A stretch of DNA of 63,357 nucleotides from Catajapyx aquilonaris (Eukaryota), in the NCBI GenBank assembly GCA_000934665.2, contig JYFJ02002089.1, forward strand, positions 1 to 63,357, written 5' to 3'. The notes under the pieces were generated by a model. The model saw only the letters and a list, made by a program, of their open reading frames with translations. It had not been told where the DNA came from and did no database searches. Shown here piece by piece: positions 41,684 to 50,993 of the stretch. Within the stretch, counting starts at the first letter, position 1, and every line of letters starts with the position of its first letter. Made by a program: the position numbers and the translations under genes.

Positions 41684-41847
41684 AATTATTATTATAATAA
41701 TGGATACCCCATGATAGGCCTCCTTGGGCCTCTTAGGGGATCATCTTTTCGTGGACCGTCTTTAATCATTGCCTGCGCTGTGATGGATTTCGATTGTGGG
41801 AGGAACCGGGAGAACTCCGAGAAAATCCACGCGAACACGGAGAGAAC
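41684..41847 (-). mobile_element. 5'-truncated SINE with V-domain-like core and (TAA)n tail
   Basis: 12-bp TSD cagagggcttat (41672-41683, 41848-41859); minus-strand gttctctccgtgttcgcgtggattttctcggagttctcccggttcctcccac resembles the V-SINE central domain as I recall it. Confidence 0.7.
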
Positions 41848-41887
41848 CAGAGGGCTTATTACACCAATTAAGTTAGATCTTGCAATT

Positions 41888-42228
41888 ATTTTTTTGCGCT
41901 ACCCCGTGATAGGGCCAGAGGCCCTTTTAGGGGGGTGGAATACCACCATTTCCTTCAATTTTCTGTAATTTTTCTTCTAACTCCGGTGCAAGGATCAAAG
42001 GACATGGGGTAAGGATGGGAATTTCTGGGGAGGGGACACAGGTGCAAGTGCAATATCTGAAAAGGGTCGTGTGCAGTCCCCCAGGAGGCTAGGTTGCCAA
42101 GGCGCCTCCTAAGCGCAGGTCAGAGACCCACTGACGCAGGTGAAAGGGAAATCCCGGGCGGGGATAGAACCCATGACCTTCCGCACAGCAAGCCGAGACG
42201 TTACCATCTCGGCCACCACGCCTCCCCC
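41888..42228 (-). mobile_element. tRNA-derived SINE, copy 1
   Basis: A box TGGCCGAGATGG, B box GGTTCTATCCC, A-rich tail, imperfect TSD aga(t)cttgcaatt; homologous to 44544-44914. Confidence 0.85.
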
Positions 42229-43434
42229 GAAAGACTTGCAATTTAGACTCATCTAATCCACGAGATTCTGCAGTCTGGGTGGTGTACCTGTGCAAGGGAA
42301 CCCCATCCAGACCCAAATGTGGCTAAAATATCTTATAGACGGGAAGCAAGTTACAGTATACTTATTAAGACGAGTAAAAATTGTGAATTGTGCATCTAAT
42401 CTAAGTGGTGTAATATCCTCCTAAGGTGCTTTGGTTATTTTTAGTTTTGAATTGAAAGTTCAACTTTCTGCAGTCACAGCAAGCTACCAAAAACTGTTGG
42501 CTCACCCTGTACGTTCATGTACTGGTACAACACTAGTACAACACCATCACCTACTAAATTTTGACTATGAACAGTAAAGAAAGGCAGTTTCTGAACAACT
42601 TTCACATGGTGCAATCAGTTTCCAATCCCCCCCCAATATACTAGGAATCATTATCCCAACTCACCAAATCCAATATGTGTGTGTGTCTGCATGTATTGTT
42701 GTTCACTAAATAGTCCTCACCTCTGACTAGTACATTCATTAAAAGCAAGCAAGGATGCTGCGAAGTTAGTAGTGGACTGAATGCATTGGGACTGGACAAA
42801 TTCTCAAACTACTCCATTGTGCCGTATAACACAAAACTCTGTGAATAATGTGACTGAACAAAAAGATATACCCAGTGAACATATTACTGTTGCAACTCGT
42901 TTCCATCTATGCATCCCTCTCGAAAGTCACTCTGACTTTACCAAGTTGAGGCAGAGTTTGCGTTTCAATTATGAGGCAATGGGTTTTAAAATATGTTACA
43001 TTAAATACGCGACATATCAATAAAGTTGAGGCACCGATCTCAATCATATCAGACTGGCGAGAGCTTTAAAAGTTTCAGCTCTGTGTGTCGAATGCGGGAC
43101 TTTTGTAATCGTTCTACACGATTCCAATAATAATGATCCCTGGAGGCTTTGTAATCAGTAGATTTATCATGGCGTTAAACTCTGCCGGCTTGCGAAAAAA
43201 AAAATGCTCAACTCTTCTCATTTTTCTAAGGCCTATAAAAACTCAACATTGATATAATTTCCTCTTCTGCTGACCCTCACTTTTACACCTGACAACCTCA
43301 TTTTCCACTTTTAGTCTTCCAATCCGTTTATTGGTCCTGACCTCATGAGAATACAAAAACCTTGTATACAGTTACATCCCACCTGTACAGTTTGACGTAA
43401 TTAAGTGTACATCTGTTTGTAATAACTGCCGAAT

Positions 43435-43440
43435 AATAAA
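43435..43440 (+). promoter_or_regulatory. candidate robo polyadenylation signal
   Basis: AATAAA preceded by several TGTA elements and followed by GT-rich sequence (tttgtgtatttgagtgtc); another AATAAA at 43019-43024. Confidence 0.3.
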
Positions 43441-44171
43441 CAAGCAATTTGTGTATTTGAGTGTCATATACCTAATGAAGGATCAGTTGTATGAAATACA
43501 ACATGTGGAAAATCTGGTAATTTGTGTGATATTCAATTATTCACAATATATAATTGAGCTTTCTCCGTAATTTTTTCACTAATACAACAGGGCCTAAGTG
43601 TTTCCTCAAAGGCACTCACCCAGCAGTAATAGGGCTGACGACAATATAATGGTGAAATATGCTCTGGAATGACAACCTGACCAATTAGCCACCTAAGAGC
43701 ATGAGTATTCAAATATATGGTCAATTGGTCATCTTCACATCTGTGAAGTTGGCTCACCAACTACGGCGGATTCCGTACTGCACCTTACTGCTTGCATTTC
43801 CACAGAATAATATTCACCCTGGGATTATTAATGGCAATTAAAGCATGTAACTGGCAAGCCTGTTAGACGAAGGATGGATCTAGCTCCCCATGGTATCAAG
43901 AGCGTCTATCGACTTCACCAATGGCATCCACTGACGGCGATGCGGAGCACTCTCGCCCGATCTCGTTAATCATTATTAAGTGTCGAGAATGTAATCCTAG
44001 GCAAGGGGCACCCCTTACCAACAGATTGTACGGAATGGATTTTCCGATTACTTAATTAGTCGCCAGATATCATTAATCGCAGGGCAAATTGTTTGTGAAT
44101 ATCTCCCATCTTTTCACACACCTTCTAAGGTGTCTTCCAATCACCTTCATCTAAGGTGCTCCTATAGCCTA

Positions 44172-44369
44172 CACTGTAAACCGCAAAACATTAAAAGATC
44201 ATCACTGGTGAGTCTCGCATGGATTATCAATTTTTAATGCTCTTGTAATGCTCTTGTGATGCTTTTTAGTAACAAAAAGCATCACAAGAGCATTAGAACA
44301 GCATTAAATATTTATGTTACATGAGAGACTCACCAGCGATGCTCTTTTAATGTTTTACGGTTTACAGTG
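44172..44369. mobile_element. palindromic MITE with CACTGTAAA termini (CACTA/EnSpm-like) and TA flanks
   Basis: TA|cactgtaaaccgcaaaacattaaaaga ... tcttttaatgttttacggtttacagtg|TA; the whole element folds as one hairpin. Confidence 0.8.
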
Positions 44370-44543
44370 TAGTGATGTACTAATGAGTAATGACATTGGG
44401 AATTATCACTGTAAGAAATACATACATATGGTACTTTCTTTTTGCTGAAGCTCCTCGAAAAGCATTATTTTATCATCCTCTCAAAAATGTCAATGTGTAA
44501 TTCAAATATTTCTTTAATGTGCAATACAAACCTGAAATAACTC

Positions 44544-44914
44544 GGGGAAGTCACGGAGGCCGAGATGGTAACGTCTCGGTTTGCTGTGTGAAAAGTCCCA
44601 GGTTCAATCCCCGCATGGAATTTCCCTTTCACCTGCGTCAGGAGGGTCTCTGACTCGCGCCTTGGAGGTGTCTGGCAACCTAGCCTCCTGGGGAATAGCA
44701 CATGACCCCTTTCCTGACATTGCACTTGCACCTGTTCTCCCCCCCCCCCCCCCCCCNCCCCCCCCCCCCCCTTCCCAATATATCCTTACCCTATGTCCTT
44801 GCCTCCTTACACCAGTGTTTGAAGTTTGAGGTTTGAAGAAAACTACACTCTAGAAAACTAATGGTGGTGTGCCACCCCCTATCACGGGGTTACTTTAAAT
44901 TTTTTAAAAAAAAA
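44544..44914 (+). mobile_element. tRNA-derived SINE, copy 2
   Basis: A-box-like AGGCCGAGATGG, B box GGTTCAATCCC, poly-A tail, 12-bp TSD ctgaaataactc (44532-44543, 44915-44926). Confidence 0.85.
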
Positions 44915-45249
44915 CTGAAATAACTCTGGTTCCTATGTCACTTGGACTAAAATTTTATTCCATTAGGACATGATAAATTTTGTAGCTCTAATGTGTTGCT
45001 TGATAGGGTAACTAAGGCATCGAAGATGTTAAATGTCTTGGCCCATTTAAACTGAAGCACTTCTCCTCAGCCCCACCTCAGTCTGCTCACTCCTCACTGC
45101 CTCACTTCTCCCTACTCCTTCCACCAATGCCCAACCCTCTGTACCGTGCTGCCCTCTGTGCGGCTACTACCTAATCAAGCCGCCACACATGATGGTGATA
45201 TATTTAAGTGCATCTGTTGAAGATGGATGTGCATGCGAAGATGGATGTG

Positions 45250-46065
45250 CATGCTTATGCGCAGAAGTCTACTGCACATCATGTGGGTGTGGTGGCAGCA
45301 CAAACACACCCACCCTTGATGTCGCCTCCCGAGTCATGGCATCGACATGTGTGAAGCAGTACGCCGCCGCGCTGAAATCAACACGGCCTCAGTCATCATG
45401 TGAGATTAATCGATTATGACTGTGTAACTTTGACTGTCCTATCCTATTTGTTACAAATATCTGTGGGTGATATGCACACAATTGACCACCTGCATTTGAG
45501 GCGTGCATAGGCTGTGGCAGGAGCTCCTGAAGCGCCCAGTTTGCAGGTGAGTTGGGAACCCCCCTTGAACAGAGTTCCGTACTGTCAGGCAGAACATGTT
45601 CTCTGTACTCCTAATTCAACGTGGAGCAGGACTCACTCCATGACTGTCTTCTTGAGGCGAAAGCAGAAATATGTCAGCGCCGCGTACTGTGTGTCGACGC
45701 CCTGACTTGGGAGGCGACATCAAGGGTATAGGGCCCCCCGATGGTATCTCCACCTTATCGTGGTGGTGGGGTTTGCGTTTCTCCCGTGACCCCAAGAGCT
45801 ATGCCGGCGGTAGCTTCGTCTACTGGTAGGGCCTCCCAAGCCGGACAGGTCTTTGGGATAGGAGACAGACTAATAAGAGAGATACCAGTCTTTCCTCTCT
45901 TCTTTTTCCTCTTCGTTTCTCTCTCCATCTGTCCCACCTTTGCTTCTTCTACAGCCAGATAGCCACAGTTGCTTTGGCTTCTTCCTAATAAACCAAACCA
46001 AACCAAACCAAGGGTATAGGGGTGTTTGTGCTGCCACCACACCACATGATGCGCATGAGCATGTA
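45250..46065. mobile_element. MITE whose right TIR is interrupted by a retroposon
   Basis: Left arm catcatgtgggtgtggtggcagcacaaacac..cccttgatgtcgcctccc pairs with gggaggcgacatcaaggg (to 45726) plus gtgtttgtgctgccaccacaccacatgatg (from 46022). Confidence 0.75.
45734..46008 (+). mobile_element. short non-autonomous RTE-derived retroposon
   Basis: 13-bp TSD caagggtataggg (45721-45733, 46009-46021); 5' part ccaccttatcgtggtgg..ggggtttg..gagctatg..ctggtagggcctcccaag resembles RTE (Expander/BovB-type) 5' UTRs; (CAAAC)n tail. Confidence 0.8.
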
Positions 46066-46145
46066 GGGGCTCAAATTGTTTTGGCCACTTTATCCTGAAG
46101 CAACCCTTCGCACAGGCTCCACGTTGAACGGGTGTGTGTGTGTGG
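46066..46145. mobile_element. half copy of the MITE family seen at 53506-53645
   Basis: gggctcaaattgttttggccactttatcctgaagcaaccctt matches the TIR at 53590-53645 in reverse complement. Confidence 0.7.
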
Positions 46146-46159
46146 GGGGGGGGGGGGNC

Positions 46160-46220
46160 GCAGGTTACTTATTGGCCGTTATAAAAGGGGGTCGTGATTC
46201 GAAAAGGGTTGGGAACCACT
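46160..46220. mobile_element. hAT (Charlie-like) terminal fragment
   Basis: Ends aaagggttgggaaccactg (reverse complement CAGTGGTTCCCAACC), followed by ctctagag, the NTCTAGAN target typical of Charlie elements. Confidence 0.55.
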
Positions 46221-46624
46221 GCTCTAGAGGGACTACATAGAGACGTGATAAAGTGACACTCACCTGGGACAACTCCTTCACAGGTAGGCTCACTACTACA
46301 CCCTTCTTCGAGGGAGGGGTTCAATTAACATCAATAAGGGTAGGTCCATATCTGAATCTGAATCTTGTGCTGGTGCAACCAGACCTGAATAACGTCAAGT
46401 ATGGTAACTTAAATCTGAGATTCTGAATGTATCCAACCTGGACCAAGAGGCTTTGAAAGTAATACTGTCAATCAACACCTAAATACCCCCAGCAACAGAT
46501 GTCTTCTGCCTTTCTCTCACCACTATAATCAGAAATGTAATTATACTGGCATGACAATTATTAATTCCAACCTTATACTTCATGTAGACGGACCTAATCC
46601 TGCTACCAGAAGCAGAAACACCGT

Positions 46625-46741
46625 ATCTCAAACACTAGCAAGGGTGAAAGTCACATGCATGCCCAACACTAATCCCCTCTGACTCAGGGGGGATTAGTGC
46701 AGGGCATGCATGCGACTTTCACCCTTACTAGTGTTTGAGAT
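46625..46741. repeat. palindromic element (probable MITE)
   Basis: atctcaaacactagcaagggtgaaagtcacatgcatgccc ... gggcatgcatgcgactttcacccttactagtgtttgagat. Confidence 0.75.
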
Positions 46742-46772
46742 CTGCTTCTGACGGCAGTACTGGCCTATTTTA

Positions 46773-46943
46773 GGCCCGGTTCACACGTGGCGCAGCAACT
46801 GGCGACCTTTGGAAATACATAGGATTGAATAAGAGCATTCACAGTGGCGACTGCAGTTGCGAGTCACCACTCTCATTCAATCCTATGTATTTCCAAAGGT
46901 CGCCAGTTGCTGCGACTAAATGTCGCCACGTGTGAACCGGGCC
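46773..46943. mobile_element. PIF/Harbinger (Tourist-like) MITE with TTA TSD
   Basis: TTA|ggcccggttcacacgtggcg ... cgccacgtgtgaaccgggcc|TTA; long internal inverted repeat. Confidence 0.85.
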
Positions 46944-47337
46944 TTACAATATATTACTTGTAATTTCTGAGTGGGGGATATCATCAAAAGAAGCAATGGC
47001 TAAGAGTTATGTATACCCGTGTATACCTTTGGAGTAGTTCAGAAAGCCAAGCTAACAGAAAATGCTGGACAACTTCTGAACACAAAACATTATGATGATA
47101 ATTATGGCACCATTAGGTCAATCAGCAACATAATTATATGGATGTCTCAATTACCTAGGGGTGCCATCTTCTTGCTACTTACTCAATTAATGTGATTAAT
47201 GTGATTAATGTGAAGTGCATACACGAGGTAAGTGCATACACAGGCCGCCATATTGGAATGAAAATGGCTGACGACACCAAAACGCGTCAGGCACTCATTT
47301 GTGTAGCTGCACATAACATCCCCACAAGAGGTGAGCA

Positions 47338-48311
47338 GAGTGCGTTTACATGGGACTAAAAATCGGCCTAGCTACGGCCGCCTATGCTATAGGCGAACCG
47401 GTTTACTCCCATGTAGCCGCTGGGCCTACGATAGACCGGCCTTATCTGAGCTGTTGTGGGGCGCAGACCAAGCCTTTTGGATCGGGTCAGCCCACGGACA
47501 CTACCCCTCGGCAGGTGATAAGCCCAGAATTCTGGACTTATCACCTGCCGAGGGGTTTTGCAGCGGGTGCTCACCTGAGAGCGCCATGAGACATTTCCCA
47601 GAGCAATTATGTGGCGACCCTACCGGACTAGGCTGAACTTTATAGGTACAAAAGGGAAGCGCTACATGCGGGCCCGAAATGGCCGCCGGCGCCCATGTTG
47701 GGTCTACCGAAGTAGCCCTCCCCTTTCGTACCTATAAAGTTCAGCCCGGTTCAGCCTAGTCCGGTACCGGTAGGGTCGTCACATAATTGCTCTGGGGAAT
47801 GTCTCATGGCGCTCTCAGGTGAGCACCCGCTGCAAAACCCCTCGGCAGGTGATAAGCCCAGAAGGTAAGGGTAGTGTCCGTGGGCTGGATCGGGTGGTCT
47901 ACCTAAGGCGATGGCGGTGATTGGCTGATAGGGGACAGCCCAGGACTTGCTTCTGAGTGGACTACCGGCCTCGAAAATAGTCCCCCCCGTATCTGTGGCT
48001 TTCTCGAATAAACAGTGCTGGTACATGTAATTCAACTGCCTAATTATCACGGGCAGCCCATGCGGTAGCTGCACATATTGCACATTTTGCTGTGAGGAGC
48101 GGAGTAGGGCCCGGCACGGTAGGGACTATTTTCGGGCGGCTCACCCCCTCTGTCCCATCTCTTGGTCCCATGTAGTTCCCGGACATCCCGGTAGTCAGTC
48201 CCATGTAGCAGTGGCAAAAGCTCGGGCAAAAGTGGGAGCAGGCTTTGCGTAGACAGGTCTTGCTTAGGAGGCCTGGGTCAGGTCGATTTTTAGTCCCATG
48301 TAAACGTACTC
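47338..48311. mobile_element. 974-bp GC-rich non-autonomous TIR element (Harbinger-like termini) with a large internal palindrome
   Basis: TIRs gagtgcgtttacatgggactaaaaatcg / cgatttttagtcccatgtaaacgtactc; internal inverted repeat ~47488-47888; TSD not clear. Confidence 0.75.
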
Positions 48312-48829
48312 GTGAATTACAGTGATTGCATGGTAAGCGAAGCACACAGTGTAAATTTTCTCGCGAGGTGCAAGTTGCAGACTTAAAATTTTCATAACTT
48401 TTACACAGTTTCATATATTTTAGCGGAGTTTGAAATAACGGGGAGATCGATACGTGGAGATGTACGCACTATCCTCAGATTTCACTGCTTGTAGTTTAGA
48501 GGGGGAGCACACAGGGCGGGTACGTACTTACCCCAAGAGGCGGGGTAAGTGCGTACACTGGACCTTGTGTTGGATTATACCATGTATTGGGTACACCACA
48601 GTTGATATCACAAAGACACTTACAGGAAATGAAAGCCAAATGTATTATATGGCTCTGCGTATGTTGAAAGTTTGTTTGTTTTTTTGCAATCGCTGCAGAA
48701 AGTTCATGTTTCCAAAAAGCAGTATGCACTTACCCACTTCACCTTACTCATTGTTGAAAATACTGTACTACGCATATAAATGGAGTTATGCATGTCTATA
48801 GATAAACACTTCTTTCACCAAATGCTGAT

Positions 48830-48835
48830 TTTATT
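48830..48835 (-). promoter_or_regulatory. candidate polyA signal for the Fas3 long-tail isoform
   Basis: AATAAA on the minus strand about 2 kb after the stop, where UTR-like sequence gives way to the TE cluster. Confidence 0.35.
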
Positions 48836-50789
48836 GCTCCATAATACATCACACTACTGCATTAATTGACATAATTGTTTGCCAAGAGCCCAACAAAGCC
48901 ACAATTAAAAATTCTGAATACCTTACTCCAAAACAGTTTCATGTCACCAGGCACAAGACACACAAAATCTCATATTATGCTGTAATGTTCACAAAAACAT
49001 GCGACAAAAGACAATTGTATTTCTGCTTTTCCTAATGTGACACACAGACAGAGCTAATATAAAAATATCTTAGCAGCAAAATACAGCATTTCAGGATTGA
49101 TGGGGGAGTTACGAACAATCAATTTAAAAATTGAACACCCATTTAAAATCACTAGTAGTGTAGAAATGCGTGCCTTGTGGTTGAATGCAGCAATAGTTGT
49201 ATAACTTGATTTGTTGTTGGGTAAAAATTGGCCTGTGCTCAAATCTAGGTGAAGATTAAAAAAAAAACACAACCTGTGCCTTGGAACAAACATGGCGCCA
49301 TTATAATGCATTTGCTGCACTACGGCGCACTTCCCCTATTTTATTCCTATTTACTTGTTTTCCTTAATCAAAGCTACCTTTATAGAACATGCATGCAAAG
49401 AGAGTTCTGTAACATTATGTTATGAGGTTTCATTTTCTATGCTCATCTGCCTTCAGTTCAGTGCAGCTTTTTGTCCACTTTTGTACCGGTCATGACATGT
49501 TAAAAAATTATGCAAAATGTTGAAAATTTGAAAACTTGTGCAGTACAAAGCTAACCTTCAGTTCCTCACTTCTTAATCCTTAAAATTACAGTAAAAGGTG
49601 ACTCGACAACAACTGTCATGGTATTAGCATATTATTGTCCATTCTCTACTTGTCAAGGCATTTACTGTAACTTTCCCAGCGGCGGAAACAGGCTGCAAAA
49701 TATCAACCAGAGAGCATGCCAAATAACTGAAGTAATTCTACTGTACAATACTGATATGTCAACTAACATGCTAGGGATTCCCCTGAAGAAACATGAAAAA
49801 AGAAGAAAAAACAAAACAAAACAAAAAAAATGATGAAAGCAAAAGAAATGCAACAAGGAAATAACTGCCCAATATCCAAACATTTGGCACCAAAGAATAC
49901 ACCACTAAATAGATGAAATATATACATTTGTTTAAAAAATGAGCCGCCTGCAGATATTCAAAAGTGGACTAGACATGCACAAAGATGTATGAGTTTGTGC
50001 TACACACAGGAACCTTAAAAACGAATAAAAAAAGTTTACTTGGTCCTACTAACAAAAACATGGAATGAAAATGTATTGGAATGTCTTATCTATGTCTTTT
50101 TCCACAAATGCTGAAATCACTGAGATAATGATTGTGACCTGTAAATAAACCGACTCTTCAGCTAGTGAACAAATTTTGTTGGATAGCTCCACATTCCTAT
50201 TGTTAGCTTTTGTTGCCTTCAAAAAACTCTCTGAAAAAAGTATCACTAAAAACTGAATTCTCCACCCTTCATATACATATAATACATGGTGAATCCCACA
50301 CTGATGACGTTACAAATTTTCAGTATCTTTTCAGTATTCCTATCTCTGGGCCTTTTTTCCTGCCTTTCCCATTTATCACATGACCCTAAAAAGCTATAAA
50401 CTCAGTGCCAAATTTGGACCGCTATCAACCCACAACTAAGAATAACTCTTCCCATTTATGTCCACATTGCAAACAAGATACAGAAATATTTTTGTGTTTT
50501 CGTGTTTTTATCACAGCATAATAAATTGTACTGCACAAAAGCAACTATCCAATATTGTCCAAAAATCATCCAAATCATAATAATGCCTATAAAACAATAG
50601 CTGAAAAGGCACTTTCCCTGGTTCAAACATTGCCTGAATTTCGAAAATGTTACTCAACCTTGAGATTCTACAGACATTTTAAAATTTGTTTAAAAAATTG
50701 GGGAAAAACTTCTAACTGATCCCATATGCAGCAAAATAAATAAAAACTAGTAATTTTTCCATCCAATCTTCCATAGATCCCCTGAGTTT

Positions 50790-50993
50790 CTATTTTCCAT
50801 TTGCTTCCGGGCTTGAGTTTTGGTTTTCTGGCTTCACAGTGCCAATAATCTCAGCATATTCAGTATTTTCTTCCTCCTTTCGGATTAGTGGTCGAGAGCT
50901 TTGCTTCAGATCCAATTCTGCATACACAATCCCATCAGGATTCTCTGTCTTTGGTGCTTCCTCCTCCTCCTCTTCTGCTTGCTTCTCCTGTTC
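50790..50993 (-). CDS. Fas3: Fas3-like terminal exon B with IVYAEL and TEYAEI motifs
   Basis: Follows a 57-bp intron; attttag|GAACAG; EQEKQAEEEEEEAPKTENPDGIVYAELDLKQSSRPLIRKEEENTEYAEIIGTVK...NGK-TAG. Confidence 0.85.
   Translation of the reverse strand, partial: EQEKQAEEEEEEAPKTENPDGIVYAELDLKQSSRPLIRKEEENTEYAEIIGTVKPENQNSSPEANGK

Noticed and set aside
42150..42228. tRNA-like A and B boxes here and at 44544-44620
   Set aside because: No full cloverleaf; they are heads of longer repeats with tails and TSDs, so they are called SINEs, not tRNA genes.
44749..44771. Long poly-C and poly-G runs containing N (also 46143-46158)
   Set aside because: Homopolymer lengths are unreliable where the assembly has ambiguous bases; no functional claim is possible.
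47255..47300. CTGACGA-cacc-AAAACGCGTCAG resembles a minimal Penelope-type hammerhead ribozyme
   Set aside because: The conserved GAAA reads AAAA, stem II cannot form and stem I pairing is poor; at best a dead relic.
47331..48414. ORFs with duplicated peptides (PAEGFCSGCSPESAMRH; MGLKIG...)
   Set aside because: They are mirror translations of the inverted repeats of a non-coding TIR element.
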